Shown here: positions 43,957-58,884 of the stretch, piece by piece | Numbering within the stretch: position 1 is the stretch's first letter | How the letters are laid out: each line of letters opens with the position of its first letter | Assembly: GCF_009914755.1 (NCBI RefSeq) | Contig: NC_060934.1 | Source: the human T2T-CHM13v2.0 reference genome, Homo sapiens | Direction: 5' to 3' (one strand) | Length of the DNA stretch: 64,000 nucleotides | Notes under the pieces: model-generated | The model's input: the letters and a program-made list of their open reading frames with translations, nothing else | Told to the model about the DNA's origin: nothing | Database searches by the model: none | Translations under genes and position numbers: made by a program

Positions 43957-45339
43957 TGATTCTATTTTTTTAAGCTGTAATATGTATTACCCAGTTTACT
44001 GCTTTATTGTAAGACTTTCTAGTAGAAAACAGACATTCAATTATGCTGTCTATCATATCATATATATTTTCCAAATCTAATAACATTCACTGAGCGCTTG
44101 CTCTGTAGCAGGTACTAAACTAGGCACCTTCTATGTACATTTTCTCATTTACTAGGAGGTAGGTTTTAGTCCCCCAGTTTTCCCCAGTGAGAAAAATGAA
44201 GTGAAGAAAAGGCAGATGACTTACTGAGGCCAGAAAGATTGCCTTTTATACATGAGGTGCCTTTCTGAAGACCTTGCAGAGTCTGACTGACATTTGTGTA
44301 TTTTAAGACTATTCTCATGACAGCGGATATTGAGTATTTCCATTCACCAGCTAGTGTGGAAATATTTGAATAAAATCAATACAGCTTATAATTCAATAGG
44401 CCCAAACAGCTTTGATATACAGTTCTTGATCGATTTGGGAGGAATTGCATTAATTCGAGTTGTTTGCCTTAAAAGTGATTTAATACTTTATATTCAATAC
44501 TTAATTAAAAATTGTATAAAATAGGACCACACCAGATCACATGACTGAGCTAGAGCACCCAGTTCCTAACTCCAGTCTCCTAAACCCAAACCCAGAGTTC
44601 TTTCCATTATATATTCTAACCACCCACATTTACTATAGAACTGAGAAATATCCCATGCAAGTCAATGTGAATACAGTCACAGTTAAAATGTAACAGCTGG
44701 GGTGGGTGGTATTCAAATGTAAAATCAATGGAGTATACACAAGAGTAAAAAAGAGAGTCATGAGGCATGCGAGTTTTCACTAGTATTTGTTTTTTCTCCT
44801 CTCTAGCATGTGGGTTAAAGGACTCAGGGACTCTGAAGTGAGGGAGATTCATAAAAACCTAGTCTTCTCTCTAATGAGCTAGAGATTGGAGGCAGGGAGG
44901 CAGGATTTACCAGTTGTGAGATGTAAGATAGCTGCCTTGAGTATTTTGACAATCAGCTAACCAAAATCTAGCTACCCCTCTCTAGGAATCCTTGCATTTC
45001 TCCTGCCCCACTGAGGAGTTAGGCCTTGCACAGGTCTCCAACTCTCCAATTACAACACATTGCTAAGACTACAGAAGGCTCCAAACAGCAAAAAGCATGA
45101 AGGAAAGCAAAAGGCAAATAGTTTCTGATTATGATCACATTGCTTCACTCCCTCATAGCACTAGTATCTGTAACTACCATGCCTGAGCCCCGAAATATAC
45201 CTACCCTGACCTTAGAACCAGCCTGATCCCTCACAGCTAATGAGATGTCCTAGACTTGACCACTGTAACTCCTAGGATTCACAAACTGGTCATCTCTGCA
45301 GCTTTATGGGATTCTTGGTTTTCTGATGACATACATTCA

Positions 45340-46450
45340 TCATTCAAATATTTGGTCCCTATCAGGGGCTACATTCTGTGCTCTTCCTAGTTCCTGCCCT
45401 CAGGGAGCTCACAGTCAAGTTAGCAGTGGCAATGGTGGTGGGGGATGGAAGAGGTGGCAAGACACAAACTATAAACAGGCAATTGAAGTATAGTATGATC
45501 AATGCTACAATAGGATAAGGACAAAGTGTGAGATGCTTTGAGAACATATAGGAATGACACCAAGCCTAGTTCTTGAGAGAAGTATCACTGAAGTGGCCTA
45601 AAGGATAAATGAACATCAACTGGAGGAAACAGCATGAGGCGGAGGCAGAATGTATCAAGGCAAACATGTGTAAGTGAGAGCATGGAATGTTCAAGGAACT
45701 CCGGATGGGTGACTATTTTTAGAGTGAGAGTCAAAGGTGGGGATGGTGAACAACCAGGTAGGTGAGGGACAGGCAGAAGCCAGATCATGTGAAACCTCTA
45801 AGTATGAAGACCTACTAGTCTTGAAGAGTTTGGGCTTTATTCCATTGGCAATGGCAAGCCACTGAATATTATAAGTAAGGCATGTTCAGATTTGCACTGG
45901 AATAAATCTTCTTGGGCTTGTGTGGCAAATGGATTAGAAGGTGAAGAGGAGGAATCAAAGAAGGAAGGATAGTTAGAAAGGTAGAGCATCCCAAGCAAGA
46001 GATGACTGTCACTTGGATGACAGAGGTGGTAGGCAGTATGGAGAATAACAAATTAGCTAAAAAGATATTAAAGAGATAGAAAAAATAGACCTGGTGATTG
46101 ACAGGATGTGGTTGAATGAAAAAGAAGGACAGATGGTGATGCCAACTCTCTAAGTGGGAAAATGTGGTGAAAGCTATTGCTGTTCCATGAGATGGACACA
46201 GGAAGAGAAACAGTGTTCATGGAGAGTTGGGTATGAAGGACCCATGCAGCATCTAAGTAGGCAATGATAAATAGAGGAGCTGGAATCTTAGAGACAGACT
46301 AGGGCTGGCAATACATATTTGAGAATGATCAGGAGGGTGACCAAAACCACAAGTCAGGTAACACAATTCAGAGTAGGCAGAGAGGGAAGAGAAAACTTGG
46401 GAGAAAACCCTGAGGAATGCCAATATTTACAGCACTGATGGTATATTGTT
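45340..46450 (-). mobile_element. L2 fragment
   Basis: cattcattcaaatattt..cctgccctcagggagctcacagtc..ggcagaagccagatcatg..gggctttattccattggcaatgg. Confidence 0.65.
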
Positions 46451-47283
46451 AAATCAAAACTCAAGCTGCAAAATAATGTATATATAGTAAGAACCCACAG
46501 AGAGAGGTGGAGGGGTAGATCAATATGTTTGTATATATATGTGTGTGTGTGTGTGTATTATTACTGTGCAGTTATGGATTTTTTATGTGGGATATGTTAA
46601 TTTATACATTACTTAATTGCTTGAATTGTTTAATGAGTATGTGTTGCTTTTATAATCTAAAATAAGAATATTTCATTTTAAAACATTTAAGGGACAGGCA
46701 GATGGAAAGGATACTGCAGAGAAGACCAAGAAAGAGAAATAGGAAGAAAATGCAGAGTGGGTTGTCATGGAATCTTCAAGAAGGAAGCTCATTGCCTGAC
46801 CCACTTGTTTCATAATGCAATGAAATGCTAAAGAATTTTAACTCCATAAGGAAAATCAGGGCAAGACAATAAAAGAAACATTAAATATTAGTAAAAGTAC
46901 ACTCAATAGTATGACTTCTGTCTTGTTCTTTAAAATAGGTGCCTCTGTTCCTTATGTTCTACTTGTGTTAAACTTTAATAAGGGAATACAATTTTCAAAA
47001 GCAAGCAATCAAAAATCATGGTTAAATGGAACAACTGGAGCAGTGAGTCAGCACCTATGAATATGGCACCACAAGCTTAAGCCTTTCTGCTAGAACTTAT
47101 TCCTATGCACAGAGCAGAGGTATGACAAGAAAGCCCCTTTGTCAAGTCTGTCCTCACTTCTCAGCCACATGGCCTGTTAGGTCTAGTATAGAAGCAAGTG
47201 AATTATTTTGGCTTCAAAGGGTTACTATGATATTAAAAATAGGAAATGCTAATTTCTGGGGAGTATTTTGTTATTGTTGTCAC

Positions 47284-47314
<31 letters not shown>

Positions 47315-47447
47315 CTCATTTATTGGTAAGAAACAAGGTCTTGCTATGTTGCCTAGGCTGGACTCTCCAACTTCTGGGCACAAGTGATCCTCCTCCTTCA
47401 GCCTCCAAAACAGCCGGGACTACAGGCATACGTTACCATGCCAGGCT
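47284..47447 (-). mobile_element. FLAM/Alu monomer with (ATTT)n tail
   Basis: Single-arm Alu-like sequence; taatttctg on both flanks. Confidence 0.75.
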
Positions 47448-47544
47448 TAATTTCTGTGATTTTAATATGAATTAAGAAAATATGTATATTTTAAATCATC
47501 TCCCTCTGAGCTGAGGTTTAAGATCCCTTAAATACCTCTTACTT

Positions 47545-47833
<289 letters not shown>

Positions 47834-48707
47834 TTACTTAAAAGCCAGCACTACCTTCCTGGGAAAAGCCCACCTTTTATTCCTTTTTTGGGGGCTGAGA
47901 AGGCAAACAGCCTGTTGATACGGAATCTCTACCATGTTATTTTCTGAAATTATTAAAGTATGTCTGTTATTCTTTGCTTTCAAATATCCCTCAGTGTTTC
48001 ATTTCTCAAGCTCCCTTGTTTGTTTTATTTAGTTTAGCAAGAATCAAATTATTTTTCTATTTCCAAAGCAGTCATGAGAAAAATCCAAATTTACCATCAC
48101 AAATATTACTTCAGCTACTAAAGCTGCTGCACTAATGCCACAGCTTTCAACACTAGGCTCTCCTTATATTCTTGTATCAACAAGGGACGTCTCTGCCTTT
48201 CCTTCTGCTGAACTAGTCATTGAGGATTTTAGAGCAAGTCCAACTGTTCTGACAAAATGTGGAACAGTTAACAAAGGAGAATCATGTCATTCCAGCATTC
48301 CCCTTTTAAAGACATTGTGGAAGCATCAGAGCTCTCCCATCTTACAATGAATGCATGGTTCTGTATTTTGTTTTGTTTTTTTTCTTTTGAGAGAGACAAG
48401 AGATGGCAGGGGAAATGAGAAAGGAAAATAGTATTGTATCAGAAACCAGAAATGCTGACATGGATTTCACTTTCATGCAAACCAATTTAAGAAACTTTTA
48501 AAAACTGGGATAAAAATAAGGAGGAAATGGAATATTATGTATGGTGCTATCTCAAACTAAAAACAAATTAACAACTATAATAAAGCAAATCCTGACAAGA
48601 AAATTATTCTAAGATATCTAAAGAGAATAGACATTTTGAAAATAGTGATATCTTGTGAATGCCTAGGACTCACTTGCATGTTAATGGTAATTCAAATATG
48701 TCAAAAC

Positions 48708-49223
48708 TTACTGGGTATATACCCAAAGGATTATAAATCATGCTGCTATAAAGACACATGCACACGTATGTTTATTGCAGCACTATTCATAATAGCAAAG
48801 AATTGGAACCAAGCCAAATGTCCAACAATGATAGACTGGATTAAGAAAACGTGCCACATATACACCATGGAATACTGTGCAGCCATAAAAAAGGATGAGT
48901 TCATGTCCTTTGTAGGGACATGGATGAAGCTGGAAACCATCATTCTCAGCAAACTATCGCAAGGACAAAAAAACCAAACACTGCATGTTCTTACTCATAG
49001 GTGGGAATTGAACAATGAGAACACATGGACACAGGAAGGGGAACATCACACACCGGGGCCTGTTGTGGGGTGGGGGGAGGGATAGCATTAGGAGATATAC
49101 CTAATGTTAAATGACGAGTTAACAGGTGCAGCACACCAACATGGCACATGTATATATATGTAACTAACCTGCACGTTGGGCACATGTACCCTAAAACTTA
49201 AAGTATAATAATAATTTAAAAAA
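48708..49223 (+). mobile_element. L1PA 3' end (ORF2 C-terminus plus 3' UTR)
   Basis: Translates to LLGIYPKDYKSCCYKDTCTRMFIAALF...WMKLETIILSKL; ends cctaaaacttaaagtataataa. Confidence 0.95.
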
Positions 49224-50324
49224 GACTTTAATGTTAGATAAACAGTAATACTCCAGTATACCTTCAGTAATACCCAAGGTGCTAGATTTGGGGAATGAGG
49301 TTCCACAAAGGTGCAAAATATTAGCTCCTCTTAAAAGGTCTCTAGCTACAATGTTAGCATAAAGCAGGACAAACTCTACAGTGGCCAACTTTCATTTTAT
49401 CAAAGGCTGCTCAAATAGCCTCTATGTCTAATTTCCCAACTAACAGTCATTAGGGCTGTTTATTGCTAAGTCTTTAATCAGACTCTTCAGCCACAAGTAG
49501 AATATATTCCCCCAGAGGTGATCTCCCTTTAGAAAGCATGCTTCCTTCTATGCAATAAGATCAGACAATACATTCAGACTGAATTGAATATTCTACGTAA
49601 AGGTAACACATGGCAAGTTTTTATGTGGACTTGGGAAAAGCCTAAGGACCTACGAGACCCAAATATTAATTTTAGCACCATTCACTTTGAGGAAGTCTTT
49701 AATTTGATACATAGCAATTATCTGGAATAAAGGAAAAGCTTAATACCTAGAACATTGAACCCAAAGGCATTTGCAGCTTGGCCAATAGATACCCCATGTC
49801 TCTAACCCAAAGGCTACCCCACCCCCTACCAGCGCCACTCCTCAAACTAATTTCCATACAGCTTCAAGATACAGGAAATCCCTGGAGGCAGACAAAATTT
49901 CACCAGGTGAATGATGTTGAGAATAACTGAAGAAAGGACCAGTCCCTAACAACAGATGCAGTAACATCACTTCCCTAAGTTCAAGTGTCTATCAGCTTTC
50001 TATGGCCTACATTGTGTTTGTTTACCTGGGGTCAAGTCCACAGGGGATAGGAATAGCAGGAATGCTCTGCAGGGGAAGGTAAGCCCAATGCAATAAAAGC
50101 TCCATGAAGGCCACTCTCTCATAGGACTCATTCTCCGTAATCTCACATACAGAGACTCAATAAATATTTTTGAATGAGTTATTAGCATAAATCATTAACA
50201 TGACATAGTATCCTGGGACATCAAATTTAAGTGATGATTTAGAGAGAAAAGCTTTTTTGAATCAAAGCAGATATTTTAATAAACTACAGCATCCTCATGA
50301 CTTCTTCAGATGACAAGCATATAC

Positions 50325-51042
50325 CAGTCAGGGTTCTTAGCTTCAAACAATAGAAACAAACTCTAAGTAACTTAACCAAAGGATGAATTTATTAAGAAGC
50401 TTACAGAATAACTTAAATGGTTGGAAAACCAGACAAGGGACTACTAGGCAAAGAGCACAGTAAAATTGTGCTCAAAAATAATCCAACATGGACTCTTCTG
50501 CCACCCTAATGCAGACTCTTCTGCATTCTAAATCTTCAATGACACTGACCCTAATATTATTGTTTTTTATTTTTTAAGAAAAACATAATGCTGCTTATCA
50601 GCTTCTATACAGCATTGTTTATAAGGAGCATCCTGACTTCAGTGATATTAAAGTGTTGGAAATATGTGAATCTTAGGATGGATGAAAAGAGGTCAATTCT
50701 GCAGTGTGTAATGTTCACACCATGCACTCAACAATGGGCACCACCACTATGACCACTGCTCACGGCTCAGATCTCATTTCTTGCTGCATTCACTTCCACT
50801 CCTAGAGCTGACTTCTTGGCTTCTTCTCTCAAGCCAAGATTAGGGTGTGTACTTCTGACTGGTATCACCCCAGTTGTGCCCATGTCCTAGCTGAAAGGGA
50901 GGCTGGAAAAACAAATAGTGGCCTTTTCAGCTTTTATAGTGAACAAAGCATTCTGCTTTTCTCCCTCCAATGGGAAATTCTCCAAGTGCAAGAACAGAGT
51001 TCAGATGCTTGGCAGCCAAAATAGAATGACAAATATCCTCTA
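50325..51042 (-). mobile_element. Old MLT1 (J/K/L-like) LTR remnant
   Basis: cagtcagggttcttagcttcaaacaatagaaac...gtcctagctgaaagggaggctgg..ggcagccaaaa..aaatatcctcta. Confidence 0.55.
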
Positions 51043-51958
51043 TAGGGAGATTTCAAAGAAACTCCCTCTTATGGTAAAAGTTCAGTCTCCTCAGCTGTTA
51101 GAACTTAGAAATAGAAAAACGTTTGCAAAGCACCAGAATAAGAAAACTCATTAGGATGGAATCCAAGGCCCTTACAATCCAGCCTCTACAAACTTCCTGT
51201 CTATCTTCCATCACCCCATCCTTTCCACATCCTACAGTTCACGGATGACAAATTAGGTGGCAGCTCTTGAGTTCCACTATCACTCATGTCTTCACTCACA
51301 GTGTGTTCCCTCAGCTTAGAAAACCTCCCTCCTCCTGGAATTTTCTCTACTTAAATAACTCCCATTTTACTACTTGAGCCAAAAATCATCTCTTGTGTGA
51401 ACTTTTCCATATAGCCCTCTTTTTTGTGATCTTTTAGCACTTTATTTGTAATTCTATCATTGAAGAAAGAGGTCTCTACCCAATATCTGAACAAAAAACT
51501 GAATTCACTGCTTGCTAAATTAGCAAGGAAGAACTGTATTTTCAGAGGCATTCTCCCTGAGCAAAGCAGAGAGAGCTGATCTTCTATAGGGCTTGGAGAC
51601 CCTTAGAGTGCAGGCACTGGCAGACTTCCAGAAGCTGGAATGTTTAGGCATTAGTTGACCTTTAGCTGCAGAAGTAAAGCTGGAGTGAGAATGTTGCTGA
51701 CTGGCTGACTTGCCTGGGCATGTGCACTAGAGTTTAGCTGTTGCCAATTGTCTGGCTTTACAACTGTGTGTGGTGTTGGCTAGCTTTCAGAAGCAACTGA
51801 CTGGCTAGCTTACAAAAGCACAAATGATTGCCAGAGCAAGTTGTTATTGACCCAGTTAAACAGGTACAAAACAATACATTCTGATGGTTACTGGTCACTT
51901 GTCACTGTGGCCACAGAACAATCAGTCTTTTCCAGACAGGATAGGAACTTTCCATTTT

Positions 51959-52323
<365 letters not shown>

Positions 52324-53171
52324 TAGGATACAATAACCATACTAACAGCTAACATTCTAACATTTATTGAGCTTTTACTATGTACTATGTATTACAGTAG
52401 ATACTTTAAAAGGATTATCTCATTTAATCTTTCAAATAACCTAATAGGTGGGTCATATTATCCCTCATTTTTCAGATTGTTAACCTTAGATGCCTCACTG
52501 GGATGCAGGAATGAAAAAAATGACAACAGAGGCAGTGCTCTTGCCAGTGCATGCTAAGGACTCCACTGCCTGTTCCTCTCACTGTTTCCCCAGGACAGAT
52601 AACATGCCTGTCCCAAGCCCAAACACCAGGGCTCATCTCTTTTTGCATCCACAACTACAGAAGTCCATGGCCTCTCAAGCAGAGGCACCCTCCAATGTCG
52701 GTTGTTAAAGGAATGAAGAAAGAGGGTCCTGAATCATTCTATTAGTTCAAAACCTGGACTGACGGTCAATAAACTCTGCATCTTGCCATCTAACTGTGCC
52801 AAAATTGATAATAAAACTAACATCCTGCACAAAGCGTCAACTACATTTATGATTTTGAGAAAGTCAGGCCATAAGATCATATGTTCTACCTGGTTACCAG
52901 CCATGTTGTAGCTAATTCTCCATCTTCGATACAACTACTAAATCTAAATGACTAGTCATCAACCTGCCTCAGCTTCCCCAAGGTAGAAGTCCCCACTCCA
53001 TACCATTGTGTAGTCACTGGATCCCAGTCATATTGCCCTATGCCCATATGTCTCTGCCTTGCCAGTCTACTTAGTGCCTCACATCCTCCTGGAACAGAAT
53101 CCCATCAGTTCCTGCCAGTTCCCCTGGAGCAGCAAGGAGCCAGCCCACTCTAACTTCAGGAAGCCCCTTCT

Positions 53172-53618
53172 TGTATTAGTTTCCTAGGGTTACAGTGACA
53201 GATTACCATAATTTGTTGGTTTAAAAACAGCAGAACTTTATTCTCTCACAGTTGTGGAGGCCAGAAGTCCAAAATCAAGGTTTCAGCAGGGCCATGCTCT
53301 CTCCAAAGGCTCTGGGGGAAAATCCTTCCTTGCCTTTCCAGCTCCAGGTGACTGCTGGCACTCCTTGGCTTCTGGCATCATCACTCCAGCCTCCGCCCCC
53401 ATCCTTACATGGCCTTATTCCCTGCATGTCTCTCTGTGTCTGCTCCTCTACTTGTAAGGACACCAGGCGTTGGCTTTAGGACTCACCCTAAATATTCAAG
53501 ATGATCTCATCTGAATTCTTATGTTAATTATATCTGCAAAGACCCTATTGCTATTAAAGGTCACATTCTGAGGTTCCAAGTGGACACGAATTTGAAGGGG
53601 GACACTACTCAACCTACT
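53172..53618 (-). mobile_element. MLT1B/C-like MaLR LTR
   Basis: tgtattagtttcctaggg..ttctctcacagttgtggaggccagaagtcc..atctgcaaagaccct..ggggacactactcaaccta. Confidence 0.85.
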
Positions 53619-55086
53619 TCTCCCTTCAACATACAAGAGGGAAAATATTCCCTATAGGGAGATTTCAAAGAAATTCCCTCTTATGGTAAAAGTTCAGTCT
53701 CCTCAGCTGTTAGAAAGTAGAAATAGAAAAATGTTTGTGAAGTATCAGAATAAGAAAACTCATTAGGATGGAATCCAAGGCCCTTACAATCCAGCCCCTA
53801 CAAACCTCCTGTCTAGCTTCCATTCTCCCATCCTTTCCACATCCAACAGTACATGGATGATAAATTAGGTGGCAGCTCTTGAATTCCACTATCACTCATG
53901 TCTTTACTCCCCTCAACTTACAAGAGGGAAAACAAAGGCTCCCTTAGGCACAGTCAACCCAGCATCACTGATGAAACACCACGTTACCAAACCTAATTTG
54001 GAAAATTGAGCAAAACTCACTGATAGTTTTGCCCCAAAAGGGATTGCTAGTGAAACTGATAGTTTGAGAAGTGAAAGGAAAGGCCAGCTCAGTGTGCATA
54101 GGGCAGGTTGTTTTCAAAATATAACAGAGGTCCCAGCATAGCATTAAAAAAGATGACTGATTAAAATCATCCATTCCAAAATAAGGAGGTAGAGGATTAT
54201 TTTATGTGTGTGTGTGTTGAAGATAGGCTTTTTAGTCTTGTTTGCAATGGAAACATTTCCTTCTAAAGAACACAACACTAAAAGGCTCTGAGACAAATCA
54301 CATTTAGCAATTAGTTCACAAGTAAGTAAGAGAAAGCCAAAATAAACCAACTTCGAAAGTATCTTAGTCAACAACAAAATGTGTTCACAGTTATGGCCTT
54401 GCAATCAGATGCTGTAATAAACCCTAGGTGTGTCATTTCTGAAATTTTAACCAAATAATGAACATTTCAATTACAGGAAAATAATGCTCAAGAATTGTTG
54501 CAGTTACTGAATTTTCTGATTAAAAAAAATTTTTTTTAAAAAGAGTCTGCTAAGAGTTTTATTATTTTCTGAGTTAGAATATTATCTCCATTGCCCAGAG
54601 ATTATAATCCTGTCTCCTCTAGTGCCAGTTCCCTGCTTCTCCCTCATTCTGATGTCTACCTTGAGCCCATCCCTATCTCAGCACAGAGTTGAGTACCTCT
54701 TGGTGGACTGTTTGCCTGGGCTCCTCACTCACCCCCAAATCCTGGAGACAGCAAGGCTGCATGGGCTAGAGTGTAGCTCACCAGATTCCTGCCTGGCACT
54801 TGGCCCAAGAATGACTCTAACATCCAGACCCTTGTTCCTTCGGACTCTCCATTACATCAAGAACCAACTGCTGAGTCCCTATTCTGCTTTTTAGCATGAA
54901 GTGGGAGTGGGGTACTCAGAGATATATAATAGGGTTTGGTACTTTTTTTCTCTATTTCCATCTTGATGCTTCACATAAAGTAGAAAAGGTCACAGCTGTC
55001 AAAGTCTTTATAGGTAACCAGTGAAAAAAAATAAATAAAATATAAAAGGAAATAGCCTTAAACCATTAGTATTTGCTTATTTTATA

Positions 55087-55161
55087 TTAGATTGGTGCAA
55101 AAGTAACTGCGGTTTTTGCCATTACTTGGCAAAAACCACAATTACTTTTGCACCAATGTAA
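55087..55161. mobile_element. MADE1 (Hsmar1-derived palindromic MITE)
   Basis: ttagattggtgcaaaagtaactgcggtttttgcca...tggcaaaaaccacaattacttttgcaccaatgtaa; TA flanks. Confidence 0.92.
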
Positions 55162-55709
55162 TATTTAGCGTTAAACTAGTTCAGGCTTTTGTTTCATCCT
55201 TTTGAGTTTCAGAGAGAGCAATATCTGGGTCTTCAGAGGACCACGCTCTCTGGGTTCCTAAATCAAATGTCAGTTTCAGTACAGCTGAGAAGACAGTAAG
55301 CAACAGGGAGGAAAAACCTGACAGAGGGAAGAGGTGGGAGGCGTAATGCCCTCCTGTGGATCCACAAGCACCACATTCACTGATTTTCTCCTGGTGATTT
55401 TTAAATCTGGTAGGTCGCACCTTTAGTAGGGTCAGTGTTTCCTGGATTTAAACACTCTAAACGCCAATTGCTACCCCTACCACGCTGGCAAATCGACTTA
55501 CCTTTAAACCTTCACGGTCTCCCTTTGGTTATTTCATGTTACCTACAGCTGAAAAGCCTAAAAATCTGACACCAGAATGACCTTTCCTATTAGAAATTTC
55601 CCTGGCACACAGCAACATTACCAAGCCAAGCAATCATAATATTGTAGCTCAGCATGTTAAAGAACAAAAGAGGCAGTGCTGAACATCTTTGTTCCTGAAA
55701 GAAATCCCT

Positions 55710-56088
<379 letters not shown>

Positions 56089-56772
56089 TTAATAACAAAA
56101 CACGATGAGCTTTGTTGGGTGGGAAGGCAAAGTTCCTTCATAATTCAAGCACATCAGTTACCTGTGCATAGAGGTATCTACATAATAAAATGATGCTTAA
56201 AATAGTTAATTTATCCTCACCTGTGACACTAGCCTCAGTCTAGAGCAGCAGTTTTCAAAGCCACAGTGTTCTGGCTGACTGCTTATCTCCAACAGGATTA
56301 ATACTCAAAACATGGCACCATTGTTCTGTATATTTGTGCCAGGAGCGATGTCACTTTTGATCATTTTAACACAGAAGCTGGCTCATGAAAGTCAGCCTTC
56401 CTATTGACTTGATGACAGCCTCTGCTCATGGCAAGCAGTATCCTATGGGAAGGTGGTGTGCAGACTTTGAGGGCAGATTTTCAAACTTTTTGAGACCATC
56501 TATCAAATTTTCAAGGCTTTATTATCCCAAGAGAGTGAGCAGCTTTTTCCAGGATGTTTCATGCTGTTTGAACACTAAAGATAAAATAAATAGAGAAACA
56601 AACCTCCTAGACTTAGTCTGCTAACTTCCTTTCCATTCAAACTTTACCCTTTAAAGTTTGAACTAAAAAAAAAAAATCCTGGCAGCTCTCAGACCACATG
56701 AGTACAACTGGTTATTTCTACCTTGGGAGGAGAAGGTGCGTTTGATTAAACATTCATGCCATTCATTTTTGA

Positions 56773-56978
56773 TAGGGTCACCCAGAGTTAGCAGATAAAA
56801 ACACAGGATGCCCAGTTAAATTTGAATTTCAGATAGATAATGAATTTATGTTTAGTAAGTAATTTACGTAAGTATATCCCATGCAATATTTGGGACATAC
56901 TTAATCTAAAACTATTCTTTGTTGTTTATCTGAAATTCAAATTTAACTGGGCATCCCATATTTTATCTGGCAACTACA
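56773..56978. mobile_element. MER53 palindromic hAT MITE
   Basis: ggatgcccagttaaatttgaatttcagata...tatctgaaattcaaatttaactgggcatcc, a perfect inverted pair. Confidence 0.88.
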
Positions 56979-57799
56979 TCTCTTGAAAACTATGGGGTCC
57001 GAAATTGCAGACTTGAGGTTAATATGTTATGTCTCAGTTCCTGAGTGTTATTTAACCATGTTTAATAAAGTTAAGATGGGCACTTCTTAGTTACCCAAAA
57101 TGTCAGTTCATTTTGTTTCTGCTATCCAGACTTTCCAAACAGCTTTACTTCTAAGCTCCAAAACAGGCTAAGTCCTTGATAAGCTGTTTTCTTTGCCTAA
57201 AGAACACCCTGCTCTTGGATAAATATCACAAAGAACACAAGGATGTGCATTTGCATATGTATGTGTGTGCAGAAACCCAGCTCCCATATCTGACAATATC
57301 CAGATTGTTAAATCCCCTTTCTTTAGAAAGTATTTTTGAATCAAATTTTAAAATGTCTCTAAATCATGGCACCACAGGTTCAGCTGGCATAACCCAAAAT
57401 CACTCCAATCTTATAGCGAGAGCAAGACCACGATTATTCCTAAATAAAATAGCAAAATTAATGAGCTTGAAGTTTCATTTGGAAGAAAAGAAGAAATCAA
57501 TGCTAGACCTACTTCTTTGTTCCCTATCATAATGAAGCAGGTGTTTCACTGAAGGGATGCTTCTACAAAACTTCAGTTCCTGTTCAAAACAATAATATAA
57601 TAGCACGTATATCCTTTGGTGATACTTAATTAACCTAATTAATATTCTTTTTCTTCTCTTAGTCCTTCACATTAATAACATTACTTCAGTAGTGTGAAGG
57701 GCTAGAAAAGAAAAAAGACCAATTAACTTCATCTTGCTTTGGATTATGTGCTACTTTGAGTAGAGGATGTGGAAGTCATTAGTGCTATTGTCCAGTATT

Positions 57800-58180
57800 T
57801 CATTCTCCCCCTTAGGACATACTATAGAATTGTACTTCTTGGTCCATTGAGTTATGGGGTTATGGTTACGGCAAAGCATTGACCAGCTCTGGACAATTAG
57901 TAGAGAATGGAAATGCTGTGTGTTACTTCAGGCCTGGAGCTTGTAATAGTTGGTGCAGGACCCTCAAAAAATCTTGCTCTCTAACTTGGAAACTAGCAAC
58001 ATTCAAGACTACAACTGTTTCATTTACTTGAGTCTTTAGTTGACTGAGGTGAACAGACACCTACTGGTGACCAATGATGGTTATGTACCATGTGTGAGAA
58101 ATGCACTTTTGTTGGTTTAAATCACTACGTATTTGGGTTATTTGTTATTGCAGCAGAGTTCAGCCTAGCCCACCACATGA
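57800..58180 (+). mobile_element. Old MLT1 (H/I/J-like) LTR remnant
   Basis: gtgtgttacttcaggcctggagc; gtgtgagaaat..ttttgttggtttaa..ttgttattgcagca. Confidence 0.55.

Positions 58181-58884
<704 letters not shown>

Noticed and set aside
48636-49085. 149-aa ORF resembling a reverse-transcriptase protein C-terminus
   Set aside because: Tail of L1 ORF2 in a ~500-bp 5'-truncated L1; no promoter, EN or RT domain
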